Made by a program: the position numbers and the translations under genes. Below the pieces are notes generated by a model that made no database searches, was not told the DNA's origin, and saw only the letters and a program-made list of their open reading frames with translations. 64,000 nucleotides of DNA, taken from the IMG/VR virus record IMGVR_UViG_3300042350_004528, positions 186,001-250,000 of that record, one strand, 5' to 3'. Below, piece by piece: positions 17,970 through 27,379 of this stretch. How positions within the stretch are numbered: position 1 is the stretch's first letter; each line of letters opens with the position of its first letter.

Positions 17970-18440
17970 TTAACCCAAAAACTTTGGGTTTAATTTGAAC
18001 TCCAATTTGTATGTAGGGTTATAGCGACCACCCGAACAAAAACCGCAAGAAGATGTATTGCGTGTTGCTCTATGTTTCTTATGAGTATGACCACAACCCG
18101 AACAAACTGCAATATAGCGTGATTCGGGCGTTGTAACACTCTTACCACTATAACATCTATCGCCTGAGCAACCAATTTCTTGTGCTTTGGCTTTCCATAC
18201 TCTATCGTGGTGATGACCTGGTGTGAGGGCGTGTGCAATCTCGTGTAGGATTGTATTTCTAACTTCTTTTTCATCGTTCAAATGTGTTAAATACTTTGAT
18301 AATGTAATTACCTTTGCTCGGTACTTGCAACAACCAAATCTGCGTCTTGCGTTGTCAAAGGTGAAACGCCAACCTTGTTGTTTGATACCATGCTTTTGCA
18401 TGAGTTCGTTTGCGAGTGTTTGTGCTTTGTATAAGTCCAT
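17970..18440 (-). CDS. SprT-like zinc metalloprotease
   Basis: HEIAH, H..W, C-terminal CSGC..CGFC ribbon. Confidence 0.88.
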   Translation of the reverse strand: MDLYKAQTLANELMQKHGIKQQGWRFTFDNARRRFGCCKYRAKVITLSKYLTHLNDEKEVRNTILHEIAHALTPGHHHDRVWKAKAQEIGCSGDRCYSGKSVTTPESRYIAVCSGCGHTHKKHRATRNTSSCGFCSGGRYNPTYKLEFKLNPKFLG

Positions 18441-18460
18441 TGCTTTGTTTTTTGATGATG

Positions 18461-18557
18461 CAAATATAAGTGTGATAAATTTAACTTGCAAATTTTACTG
18501 TAAAAAAAATTTTTTTGTAAAAAAGTTTGCGGGTTAAAAATATTGTATGTACATTTG
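18461..18557. promoter_or_regulatory. Back-to-back array promoters at the main strand switch
   Basis: - promoter ~18461-18492 and + promoter 18526-18557. Confidence 0.85.
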
Positions 18558-18785
18558 TATTACAAAACAATTAAAATGGATTTAAATCAAAAATCATCAG
18601 CAGACCACATTATCGAACATCTATTAGCTATTGATGTGGATGGGGAAACAATGGAATATATCATCAATGGGGTTTGTATGGATGAACAGGTATTCAGACA
18701 ATTATTTCTTAAAGCATCGCTCTCGCAAATTAATCAGTTGATGGATGTAAAAAAGTTTGCGGGTTAAAAATATTGTATGTACATT
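18516..18785 (+). repeat. Exact 40-bp direct repeat (18516-18555 and 18746-18785) flanking one gene
   Basis: TGTAAAAAAGTTTGCGGGTTAAAAATATTGTATGTACATT twice. Confidence 0.95.
18576..18767 (+). CDS. Hypothetical protein, 63 aa
   Basis: Start corrected to MDLNQ; ends KFAG in next promoter. Confidence 0.78.
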   Translation: MDLNQKSSADHIIEHLLAIDVDGETMEYIINGVCMDEQVFRQLFLKASLSQINQLMDVKKFAG

Positions 18786-18791
18786 CGCAAC

Positions 18792-19091
18792 ATGAAAACA
18801 AAAGACATAAACACGAGTATCGGTCTGTCAATCTATAAAGGTGATTGGGACGGGGCTGAATGGACGATAACGGGCTTTCCCAAAGCCGAGGTCATCGGAC
18901 ATAAATATGAAAGTGCATACGATTTCGAAGAAGCCGTTAAACGCAATGTGAATTGTAGCGGTATTAAGTTTGATAGTGAGATGTGCCAGTTCTTTGCATA
19001 CGCCAAAACCAAAGCAAGGTTGGTTAGTTTCGCGAAGCAAATTGAGAAGCACTACGCTAAAGCGAATGAGTTGAAAGAAAAAATGTTTTAA
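18792..19091 (+). CDS. Hypothetical protein, 99 aa
   Basis: Start corrected to MKTKD. Confidence 0.82.
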   Translation: MKTKDINTSIGLSIYKGDWDGAEWTITGFPKAEVIGHKYESAYDFEEAVKRNVNCSGIKFDSEMCQFFAYAKTKARLVSFAKQIEKHYAKANELKEKMF

Positions 19092-19144
19092 TACTTGCAC
19101 ATTAAATTTATTTCATTTACATTTGCCTCCAAATCAAAAACGCA

Positions 19145-19360
19145 ATGGAAGATATTATTAAAATCAACAAGTTGGAACTCGCAAGTGAGTTAGCCAACGA
19201 AGCCACAAAGGATGAGATGTTCTCAAAGGGTCTTATCGTGGATGAGGATGAAATGTATCGTGAGGACAATGGTTGCTCAATCTATACAGAGGAAGCACAA
19301 GACATCTTCAACGATTACTACGATTATTTCTTAACCAAGATTGAGGAGGTTGCGATATGA
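19145..19360 (+). CDS. Acidic hypothetical protein, 71 aa
   Basis: YTEEAQDIFNDYYD. Confidence 0.8.
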   Translation: MEDIIKINKLELASELANEATKDEMFSKGLIVDEDEMYREDNGCSIYTEEAQDIFNDYYDYFLTKIEEVAI

Positions 19361-19551
19361 GTAAGGTAGCAAAACTGGTTACAATATCCCTGATGACAAG
19401 AGTCATCGTGGATGAGAATGCAAGTGAGGAAGAGATTTTGAATTCTGCCAGACCTAAATTCATTCAGAAGGTTCAGGAAGAACTGAATGAAAACATCGAG
19501 GAAATTTGGTACGACAATGAATGTCCCTACGACCCTGAATTCGACAATTAA
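19357..19551 (+). CDS. Hypothetical protein, 64 aa
   Basis: ATGA-coupled. Confidence 0.78.
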   Translation: MSKVAKLVTISLMTRVIVDENASEEEILNSARPKFIQKVQEELNENIEEIWYDNECPYDPEFDN

Positions 19552-19605
19552 AATCTTTTTGTATTCAAATTTGCACATTAAAAAAATTATACTTATCTTT
19601 GCTGT

Positions 19606-19926
19606 ATGGAAAAATCAATGAGAACAGCGGCTGTATGTTCAAACTACGCCCTGAAAATAAAAGAAGCCCTTGTTCAAATGGCTGTTGAGGATAAACTCCC
19701 AATGGATATGACCACTTTGAATACGGATGAATTCGAAAACATTCTCGAACCGCTTGTTCGCAAGGTTGTCCGTGACGAGGACGAGAATGCAATCCCTGAG
19801 AGCATTCAGGTTGGTGTTTACTACTATGAGGATGATGAAACAGGGAAGCCTGTGTTTGATACTGATAGTATGATGGATGAATTCGAAAATGAGTTGAAAA
19901 AACTTGAAGACAAGTTTGCGAGTTAA
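19606..19926 (+). CDS. Acidic hypothetical protein, 106 aa
   Basis: Leaderless-type start; ends KFAS. Confidence 0.8.
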   Translation: MEKSMRTAAVCSNYALKIKEALVQMAVEDKLPMDMTTLNTDEFENILEPLVRKVVRDEDENAIPESIQVGVYYYEDDETGKPVFDTDSMMDEFENELKKLEDKFAS

Positions 19927-19955
19927 ATTAAATTCACTTATATTTGCATAACACA

Positions 19956-20258
19956 ATGACAAACTATACTGATTTCAATGAAGAGGTTGGCAAGATTCGG
20001 GTGAGGCTAGCCCAACAAACCGAAGCTTTACTTAAGCCCGCGATTCCGCCAGCCATTTACAACTGCAAGAACGAAGGCATTGCCATATCGACAGCAGAAG
20101 GTACGATGAAAGTTGAAACCATTGGTTACGACAACGGCGGAGTATTCGTTAAAACCGAAACAGGTGAGGTATGGGATTACATGGATTTGGACACTGATGA
20201 TATGGTCGCGATTTACGAGCATGTTTGGTACCAAATTAATTCCGCACCTATGAGGTGA
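19956..20258 (+). CDS. Hypothetical protein, 100 aa
   Basis: Start corrected to MTNYT. Confidence 0.8.
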   Translation: MTNYTDFNEEVGKIRVRLAQQTEALLKPAIPPAIYNCKNEGIAISTAEGTMKVETIGYDNGGVFVKTETGEVWDYMDLDTDDMVAIYEHVWYQINSAPMR

Positions 20259-20405
20259 GTCTTTGTGTGATGTTTTGTTTTGATGATGAAGAGGAGACCT
20301 AGTGTCTCCTTTTCTGATTATACCAGGATCAACAGCAAAAAAAGTTGATTTCAGATTTGCACATTAAATTTAATTCATTTATATTTGCATTCAAAACAAA
20401 ACGAA

Positions 20406-20621
20406 ATGGCTAAACCAAAATTTTACGAGTGTGTGATTTCATTTACATACGAAGCGGAGAACCCAACAGACGCCGCGAGGCAGTTTATCGCAAACATTCA
20501 GAACAATCCAAACTGGAATGTACTGGTGAAAGATTGTGAGAACTTTGAGAACACCTTTAATGTTGATACGGAAACAGGTGAGTGTGAAACCAATTCAATC
20601 GAGGATTATGACGACCTGTAA
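20406..20621 (+). CDS. Hypothetical protein, 71 aa
   Basis: Start corrected to MAKPKFY. Confidence 0.8.
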   Translation: MAKPKFYECVISFTYEAENPTDAARQFIANIQNNPNWNVLVKDCENFENTFNVDTETGECETNSIEDYDDL

Positions 20622-20820
20622 AGCCCTGACAGCACATATTGTTGAAGAAGGAAACCTGATCGACAGGTGGCCCTGTGATGTTAACGAAGAGAATGAGATG
20701 CAATCAAACGGGTCTCAGGAATTTCTTTATGAATATAACGGGAACAAGTACTGTGTCTGGATGGACTGGAACGACAATCCAATCCTACCTGGTGAAATTT
20801 TATCACCAATTCCTGAATAA
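20608..20820 (+). CDS. Hypothetical protein, 70 aa
   Basis: Start corrected to MTTCK. Confidence 0.7.
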   Translation: MTTCKALTAHIVEEGNLIDRWPCDVNEENEMQSNGSQEFLYEYNGNKYCVWMDWNDNPILPGEILSPIPE

Positions 20821-20875
20821 AATTTGCAGGTTAAAAAAATTATACTTATATTTGCATCATTAAATCAAAACAAAT

Positions 20876-21160
20876 ATGTCAAAGCCCACAGCAAAAGAAA
20901 CGGTAGAAACCGTAACCAATTACCTGAACAGTTTCTCGAGCAAAGAGAAGGAATTCATTGAGGAAATGAACAGGGAACATCGCACACTTCAACAGTCATT
21001 CACAAAACTATGTCTGGCATGGCTTGAGAACTGCGCCAATGAAGAATATCGTTTTGATGGAAGGAATGAAGCGAGTCACACTGTATCGAAGGAACTCGTT
21101 GAGAACTTCAAGTGGAACAAGGATGGTTTCAAACCATCTGAATTCTTACCCTGTATATAA
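20876..21160 (+). CDS. Hypothetical protein, 94 aa
   Basis: EHRTLQQSF..DGRNEAS. Confidence 0.85.
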   Translation: MSKPTAKETVETVTNYLNSFSSKEKEFIEEMNREHRTLQQSFTKLCLAWLENCANEEYRFDGRNEASHTVSKELVENFKWNKDGFKPSEFLPCI

Positions 21161-21193
21161 AAAAAAGAGGGGACTTTTACATCCCCTCATTTT

Positions 21194-21364
21194 TTATTGT
21201 ACCGAGTCTGTGGTTGTGGAAACATTCGTAGTGTCTACGCTTGTGGTATCGGTAACAACAGCGGTTGAGTCCGTAGCTGTTGTTGACTCGGTGGATTCCG
21301 ATCCGCAAGATACAACTGTCAACATTGAAGCGACAATTGCAAGTGTCATGAGAATTCTTTTCAT
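21194..21364 (-). CDS. Short Thr/Ser/Asp-rich lipoprotein, 56 aa
   Basis: Lipobox VVSC; four D-(S/T)-(T/V) sequons. Confidence 0.8.
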   Translation of the reverse strand: MKRILMTLAIVASMLTVVSCGSESTESTTATDSTAVVTDTTSVDTTNVSTTTDSVQ

Positions 21365-21470
21365 GTCCACAATATTAAACAAAAAATAGATAAATGTCAA
21401 GCAAATTAGACAAAAAAAAATTTGCAGGTTAAAAAAATTACATTTACATTTGTATTCAAAATCAAAAGCA

Positions 21471-21815
21471 ATGAAATATAAACAGCAAGCTCCAATTGAT
21501 GATTGGTCAGACATCGACAAGTGCATCAAGAATTCTGAAATCAACCTGAAACATTTACAGGACATTGACAAAGCTCAGGAAGCCAAAGGTGAACCCTTAC
21601 TTTACCGTTACTTTTACAGGCCTGTCGCTGACGGTCGAGCTTGGTATCAGGTGACGAAGGTTACATCTAGAACAGCTACCGTCACATGGTGCGCAGGGAT
21701 TTGTCTTGACGACTATGTTGATATGATGTTGGGTGAGGAAGCTACGATATCTCGCGGCATGATTGAGAACATGGTGAATGGAAGAATTGCACTTGAAAAA
21801 TTATTTGCACATTAA
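21471..21815 (+). CDS. Hypothetical protein, 114 aa
   Basis: PVADGRAWYQV; ends LFAH. Confidence 0.83.
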   Translation: MKYKQQAPIDDWSDIDKCIKNSEINLKHLQDIDKAQEAKGEPLLYRYFYRPVADGRAWYQVTKVTSRTATVTWCAGICLDDYVDMMLGEEATISRGMIENMVNGRIALEKLFAH

Positions 21816-21860
21816 ATTTTTTCCATTTATATTTGTATTCATAAATCAAAAACAAAATAT

Positions 21861-22484
21861 ATGCACAAAGGAGTAATCTTATTAGTAAAAGCGGATGACC
21901 GCGATGACGCCATTGGCCAAGCCAACGAGTTTCTTGACCACTATGGGGATGGCGATGTATGGGATTGGTTCGTAATCGGTGGCCGTTGGAGCGGTAACCT
22001 GAACACCCTATCGAAAACTTTCTACGAGAAAGCAAAGGTTCTTTTCGAACAAGCATATCCAAATGAGGATAGCCCATTCTTGTCAACCAAAATGGTTGAG
22101 GAGCAAGCACAGGGTTTGCAAGAGATTTGGGAAAGCATTGGCGGGAAAGGTCAGAACCCATATTCTCGCAGCAGTTATATCAGTGACGGATTTGAGGATG
22201 ATTGTCTCCCGTTGACTGATTGCATTCCCGTCATTCAGGATTGGAAGAAAGATATGGTGGCGGAGGCTGAAACCATTTGGAATAAAATGATTGAGGCCAA
22301 GAAAGATAGTGCGGACAAGTACGATATGTCAGGGTACTACGCAGGTATCTATCGTGACTTAAAGTATGATAATTTCTCTTTCGAGAGTAATGTCTACGAT
22401 GTCGTCAATCACACGAACGACCCCTCGCAGGCTTTGGAGAACCCCGAGCAGTGGTGGGCGGTTCAAATTGATATGCACAATTAA
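21861..22484 (+). CDS. Phage hypothetical protein, 207 aa
   Basis: WDWFVIGGRWSG..IDMHN. Confidence 0.87.
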   Translation: MHKGVILLVKADDRDDAIGQANEFLDHYGDGDVWDWFVIGGRWSGNLNTLSKTFYEKAKVLFEQAYPNEDSPFLSTKMVEEQAQGLQEIWESIGGKGQNPYSRSSYISDGFEDDCLPLTDCIPVIQDWKKDMVAEAETIWNKMIEAKKDSADKYDMSGYYAGIYRDLKYDNFSFESNVYDVVNHTNDPSQALENPEQWWAVQIDMHN

Positions 22485-22572
22485 TATTCCTCTTATCATT
22501 CCACAAAGGGGAGGTTTTTAAAATCTCCCTTTTTTTTTATCACATTTGTAAAATCAATTAATAACAGAGCAT

Positions 22573-22680
22573 ATGTCTAAGTCAGTAAAAGTAAAAATCA
22601 CGAAGAGTACATTCAAGTATGTAAGCAAACCAACAACTAAACAGGGCCGTGTGCCAAAACCCTCATCCAAAAAAAGATAG
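22573..22680 (+). CDS. 35-aa Lys-rich peptide
   Basis: MSKSVKVKITKSTFKYVSKPTTKQGRVPKPSSKKR. Confidence 0.55.
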   Translation: MSKSVKVKITKSTFKYVSKPTTKQGRVPKPSSKKR

Positions 22681-22740
22681 ATTCACATTTGCAAGTTAAA
22701 AAAATTATACTTATCTTTGTCCCAATCAAAACAAAATAAT

Positions 22741-22995
22741 ATGGAACTTTTAGTTGGAACCAACCTTGAGGTTATGAGTAGGACAATTTACATCGCCGTT
22801 GATGTACAATTTGACAAGAACGGTGAAACCTACGAGGCTAATCTCACCTGTTGTTTATCGGAAGATATAAACATTGGATTTGATTCCTGGGATATCACAA
22901 TTGCAAACGAGGAAGAACTTCCTGAGTTAACGGCGGAAGAAACTGAGCAACTTAAAGAATTTGCAAAAAAATATGCCCAAGTACTTGCAAATTAA
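22741..22995 (+). CDS. Hypothetical protein, 84 aa
   Basis: Start corrected to MELLV; ends VLAN. Confidence 0.8.
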   Translation: MELLVGTNLEVMSRTIYIAVDVQFDKNGETYEANLTCCLSEDINIGFDSWDITIANEEELPELTAEETEQLKEFAKKYAQVLAN

Positions 22996-23034
22996 ATTTA
23001 TTACACTTATATTTGTAACCTAAATCAAAACAAT

Positions 23035-23649
23035 ATGTCAAAAGTATTCAAAGTAACTTCAGGTACAATGGTGTGTTCCGACCCTTGTTACGAAATCCCG
23101 ACTTGGTGTCAGGGTATCGTGAGTAATGTGAAAAACGGAAATTGGGAAGCGGGTATTGAAACTTCCGATGAAGGCTCTTGGGGTGAGCGTATCGCTCGTC
23201 TTTGGGTTTACAACTTGGAAGCGGCTATCAAAGACCCAAGTATAGTTAAAGCCATTGAGAATGGTGGTGGACACGAAATGCCTTTCAGTGCGGGTGTTGA
23301 TAGTGGTCAGTTCGGTTTCTTCGACCACGCCAACTATCGCAAAGATGATAGTGCGAAAGATTTACCACAATACGACTTCGGTGGTGACTTTGGAATGGGT
23401 ACTAACGAGGGTGATGCTTGGTATGGTGCTTGTTGTCATTTAACACTTGGTGAAGAAAATTGGGGTGTCCTACCAAATGGTGTTGTTTCTTCTTCAGGAT
23501 ATGGTGATGGCTCTTATGCAGTCACAGGTATCAAGAACGATGAGGGTGAGTATGTTGCGTTCTGCATTGTCTTTATCGGTAACGATGATGAGGAGGATAA
23601 CGATGATTTGGATTGGGGTGATTGGAACGAAACTACCGATGAGGATTAA
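23035..23649 (+). CDS. DUF4241-like protein
   Basis: SDPCY, GVDSGQ, SSGYGDGSY. Confidence 0.72.
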   Translation: MSKVFKVTSGTMVCSDPCYEIPTWCQGIVSNVKNGNWEAGIETSDEGSWGERIARLWVYNLEAAIKDPSIVKAIENGGGHEMPFSAGVDSGQFGFFDHANYRKDDSAKDLPQYDFGGDFGMGTNEGDAWYGACCHLTLGEENWGVLPNGVVSSSGYGDGSYAVTGIKNDEGEYVAFCIVFIGNDDEEDNDDLDWGDWNETTDED

Positions 23650-23763
23650 ATTGGGTTTTTAGGTTGGAGCCTCCTGATCAATTCAGGGGGCTTTTTTTTT
23701 CTTAAAAAATTTGCATATTAAATTTATTTCATTTATCTTTGCATTCATAAAATCAAAAACAAA

Positions 23764-24342
23764 ATGAATATTTTACCAAAATCAATTACTGACCGAGTGT
23801 CAATCAAGAATGTGAAAGAAAACTTCGGACACGACTTGGGTGGTTTCTTCTGCGACATCTACTTCGACAACAAGAAAGTAGGTTACCTGAACAATGATGG
23901 TTGGGGTGGTTGCCCTGACATTCGTACCTATGGTTTCGATGCAAAGCACAAAGCGATGATGAAATCATTTGAGGACTTCCTGACCGAGCAGAACTTCGCC
24001 CAGTTTGTTGCTGATGATTACAACAAACCGCACCCGCAAATGCCCAATGGTAAGAATGATTGGGTTGCTGATGATTTCAGGTTTGACAGCCAAGTTGAAT
24101 TCCTTTGTGAACGCCTGAACTTTATGAAAAGTATTGAACGCCAAACAAAGAAAGCAATCCTTTATGGTAACCCTCGTTCAACCAATTACAAGATAGTATC
24201 TTGGAAAGGTGCAAAGACACTTGAAGATGTTGTGAAGAGTATCGGTAATGCTCGTTTCAAGGTTGTTGTTGATGGTATCAAAGCCAAACTTGTTGAGGGG
24301 GAAATGATTTACAACACAAACCTCGAAAAGTTTTTGCAATAA
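23764..24342 (+). CDS. Hypothetical protein, 192 aa
   Basis: NDGWGG motif. Confidence 0.87.
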   Translation: MNILPKSITDRVSIKNVKENFGHDLGGFFCDIYFDNKKVGYLNNDGWGGCPDIRTYGFDAKHKAMMKSFEDFLTEQNFAQFVADDYNKPHPQMPNGKNDWVADDFRFDSQVEFLCERLNFMKSIERQTKKAILYGNPRSTNYKIVSWKGAKTLEDVVKSIGNARFKVVVDGIKAKLVEGEMIYNTNLEKFLQ

Positions 24343-24398
24343 AATTTGCACATTAAATTTATTTCACTTATCTTTGTACCAACAAAATCAAAAAACAT

Positions 24399-25016
24399 AT
24401 GGGATATTCAACCGATTTCTTTGGCTCATTGTCTTTGAGCCGACCAGCGACCATCGTAGAGAAGAACTACTTGGATAAACTCGCTGACACTCGCAGAATG
24501 AAACGCGATGTTAACAAACTCATGGAACTCTACAAAGGGGAACATGGCAATCCATTTGCTAAAGACAAGAACAACCCTGACGATATCTATGGTTTCAAAG
24601 GGGAATACTTTGTTGGGGCAGATGGTTTCAAGGGTCAGAATGGCGATGATAGTGTTATCGACCACAACAGCGCCAGTGGCGAGATTGGATGGGGAGAATA
24701 CAAAGGCGATTGGGTTTTGCGTGATAAATTACAAACCGAACTCAACGCTGATAAAATCAAACAGCCAGGTCTTTGGTTGCAATGGGTGCTTAACGAGGAT
24801 GGTACTGAACTATCATGGGATGGTAACGAAAAGTTTTACCACTACACCGAATGGTTGCAGTATCTTATCGCCCATTTCTTTGAGCCATGGGGTATCAAAC
24901 TCAATGGCGAGATTGAATGGGTTGGCGAGGACAGCAATGACCGAGGAAAGATTGTTGTGTCCGACAACCATGTTGAAATTCTTGACGCTGTTATAGGATA
25001 TCAGAAGAGGGGTTAA
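24399..25016 (+). CDS. Phage hypothetical protein, 205 aa
   Basis: MGYSTDF, QPGLWLQW, WDGNEKFY. Confidence 0.87.
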   Translation: MGYSTDFFGSLSLSRPATIVEKNYLDKLADTRRMKRDVNKLMELYKGEHGNPFAKDKNNPDDIYGFKGEYFVGADGFKGQNGDDSVIDHNSASGEIGWGEYKGDWVLRDKLQTELNADKIKQPGLWLQWVLNEDGTELSWDGNEKFYHYTEWLQYLIAHFFEPWGIKLNGEIEWVGEDSNDRGKIVVSDNHVEILDAVIGYQKRG

Positions 25017-25123
25017 TCCCCTCTTTTCCTGAATTCTGGATCGGATCAAAAAAAAATGTAAAAAAGTTTGCGTATTAAATTTATTCCACTTATCTTTGTA
25101 TCATAATTAAAAACCAAAATAAA

Positions 25124-25936
25124 ATGTACGAACTCGAAAAAATCAAAGAACTTGCACCTGCGGCTTTCCGTATGCCTGAAGACGGTGCTCAGGACGGTGT
25201 GTCAAAGCACTACCAATTCATGACCACCGCTGAAATCATTGACGGTCTTGGTGGAATGGGTTGGGATGTTCACTCGGCTATGCAACAAAAGTCGAAGAAG
25301 AACCCTGAAACCACAAAGCACATGTTGCGCTTCCGTAATGACAACTACGGTTCACTGGGTGTTAAGGGGAATGTTCCTGAAATCCTGTTAGTGAATTCTC
25401 ACGACCGCACAACCTCATTGAACTTTCATGTGGGTATCTTCCGCATCATCTGTTCGAACGGCTTGGTGGTTGCTGATGAAACATTCAACAAGTTCCGTAT
25501 TCGTCACATGGGTACAACATTCGATGAGGTTAAGGGATTAATCAACAACATCACTGAGAACCTACCAACTGTGTTCAATACAATCAACCGCTTCGAGGGT
25601 GTGATTATGAGTGAGGAGGCACAAACCGAGTTCGCTATGCGAGCATTCGCTATCCGCTTCCCTGAGTACATCAACCCAAAGACAAACGCTTTGGACACCA
25701 AGAAAGTAATGAAGAATGTATCAGTTGATGAAATCCTGAAAGCAGTTCGTCCTGAGGACAATGGCCCTGACTTGTGGAGAGTTTACAACCGAGTTCAGGA
25801 GAAACTCATCAAGGGTGGCTTCCAACATCAAGGCGAGGGGCAGAAGCCTCGTGCTTCACGCCCTATCAGCAACATTCGTATGAATGTCCTGATTAACAAA
25901 GGCCTGTGGAACTTGGCGGAGGAGTTCGCTAACTAA
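25124..25936 (+). CDS. DUF932/DUF945 family protein
   Basis: KHMLRFR, NSHD, GIFRIICSNG, LWRVYNRVQE. Confidence 0.85.
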   Translation: MYELEKIKELAPAAFRMPEDGAQDGVSKHYQFMTTAEIIDGLGGMGWDVHSAMQQKSKKNPETTKHMLRFRNDNYGSLGVKGNVPEILLVNSHDRTTSLNFHVGIFRIICSNGLVVADETFNKFRIRHMGTTFDEVKGLINNITENLPTVFNTINRFEGVIMSEEAQTEFAMRAFAIRFPEYINPKTNALDTKKVMKNVSVDEILKAVRPEDNGPDLWRVYNRVQEKLIKGGFQHQGEGQKPRASRPISNIRMNVLINKGLWNLAEEFAN

Positions 25937-26037
25937 CTCACAATACACTTGAAAGAAAGGGGGAAGAAATTCCCTCTTTTTTTTTGCACATTAAATTTAA
26001 TTTACTTATCTTTGTTATCGAAATCAAAAACAATAAT

Positions 26038-26607
26038 ATGAAGTTACTTAATTTTGTGATGGTCGCCAAACACCTGACAGGTGACAGCGAAGTTTATTTC
26101 TTTCCTACAAAGGAGGAAGCAAGAACATTCTACAACAACAGAGTTAAACCGCTGTTGGATATTTGTATGAAGAACGAATTGGAGGAAGATGAGGCGTACT
26201 CATTCGGACAAACCAAAGATTGTGTTCGTTTCGATTGTGGTTACGATGAGGAACTTGATGCGATGCTTAACGAGTGTAATCATTACTATCGTGTGGACAG
26301 CGTTGAAGTTCCTGAAAATGTTACACACTATGTGGCTGACTTTTCCGAGTGGGTTGATGAGAGTGTTATCGAGTTCCACACCGAACAACAGGCAAAGGAA
26401 GTTTGGAACGATAAGATTGATGAGGAAATCAGGTTGGCTTCCGAGTATCATGGGATTGAGATTAGCAGACATCACCAAGAAACTTGGGAAGATAAATCAG
26501 GTATGACCTTGTTTCAGGAAACACATTACAGCGATATGTATTCCGATGCTTACTTTGGTCATTCAATGGATATGACTTGGACATTCAGGATTGGACAAAT
26601 AAATTAA
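26038..26607 (+). CDS. Hypothetical protein, 189 aa
   Basis: Start corrected to MKLLN. Confidence 0.83.
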   Translation: MKLLNFVMVAKHLTGDSEVYFFPTKEEARTFYNNRVKPLLDICMKNELEEDEAYSFGQTKDCVRFDCGYDEELDAMLNECNHYYRVDSVEVPENVTHYVADFSEWVDESVIEFHTEQQAKEVWNDKIDEEIRLASEYHGIEISRHHQETWEDKSGMTLFQETHYSDMYSDAYFGHSMDMTWTFRIGQIN

Positions 26608-26611
26608 TCTT

Positions 26612-26839
26612 ATGGCGATAAAAATCATTTACTACTCGGAGGTTATAGATAACTGGGGTAGAACAGAAAGTTCAATGAAAGGTGATATCATCTTCGCGGC
26701 CCTGAACAATGTTGAGGACTGGACTGACGATATGATGTTCGAGGGTGATGACGGTCGCAAGTATTCAATAGATGAGCTTGCAGGTAAAGAAGTTTGTGTA
26801 CCAGACATCGGGATATTCACCGTACCAGAAGAAGAATAA
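26612..26839 (+). CDS. Hypothetical protein, 75 aa
   Basis: ORF track. Confidence 0.78.
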   Translation: MAIKIIYYSEVIDNWGRTESSMKGDIIFAALNNVEDWTDDMMFEGDDGRKYSIDELAGKEVCVPDIGIFTVPEEE

Positions 26840-26896
26840 TTAACGGGGCTTAAAAGCCCCTTTATTTTTTTATCTGGGACGTTATATTTATCATGG

Positions 26897-27379
26897 ATGG
26901 TGAAGTCCCAGATTTTAAATGAGAGATCTTTTGATATAACAGACGGTGAACGATATTTAATTGTCGTGATCACCCCAGATAGATCGTACTCAGTTTTCAC
27001 CAGAAAGTACCAGAGCAAACCAGTTGTCTCTGTGGAATTCAAAGAAGCAAAACTTTATAAGGAGCTGAAGACAGCTCAGAATGTTGTGAAGGAAATCTTC
27101 CAGAACAATGAACACTACCAGGAATCTGTAATAAAGATATTCCAGGTGAAGGATCTATTCGAACCCAGATATTTTGTACAGTATATTAAAAAAGCTTACA
27201 TGAATTCTCCTGAGCTTAAGTGTTACATCGACTGGTACGTGATCGGCGAGAACCAGGTTGATACTTATCTGGATTACAGCGAAGCTCAAAAACATCTGGA
27301 CAAATACAAACGCGATCTACTTGAATTCTATTACAGCCAGATCATGAACATCAGGAGCTTCGACTTAAAAAAAATATAA
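26897..27379 (+). CDS. Hypothetical protein, 160 aa
   Basis: Preceded by TATTTAT rather than the array promoter. Confidence 0.8.
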   Translation: MVKSQILNERSFDITDGERYLIVVITPDRSYSVFTRKYQSKPVVSVEFKEAKLYKELKTAQNVVKEIFQNNEHYQESVIKIFQVKDLFEPRYFVQYIKKAYMNSPELKCYIDWYVIGENQVDTYLDYSEAQKHLDKYKRDLLEFYYSQIMNIRSFDLKKI

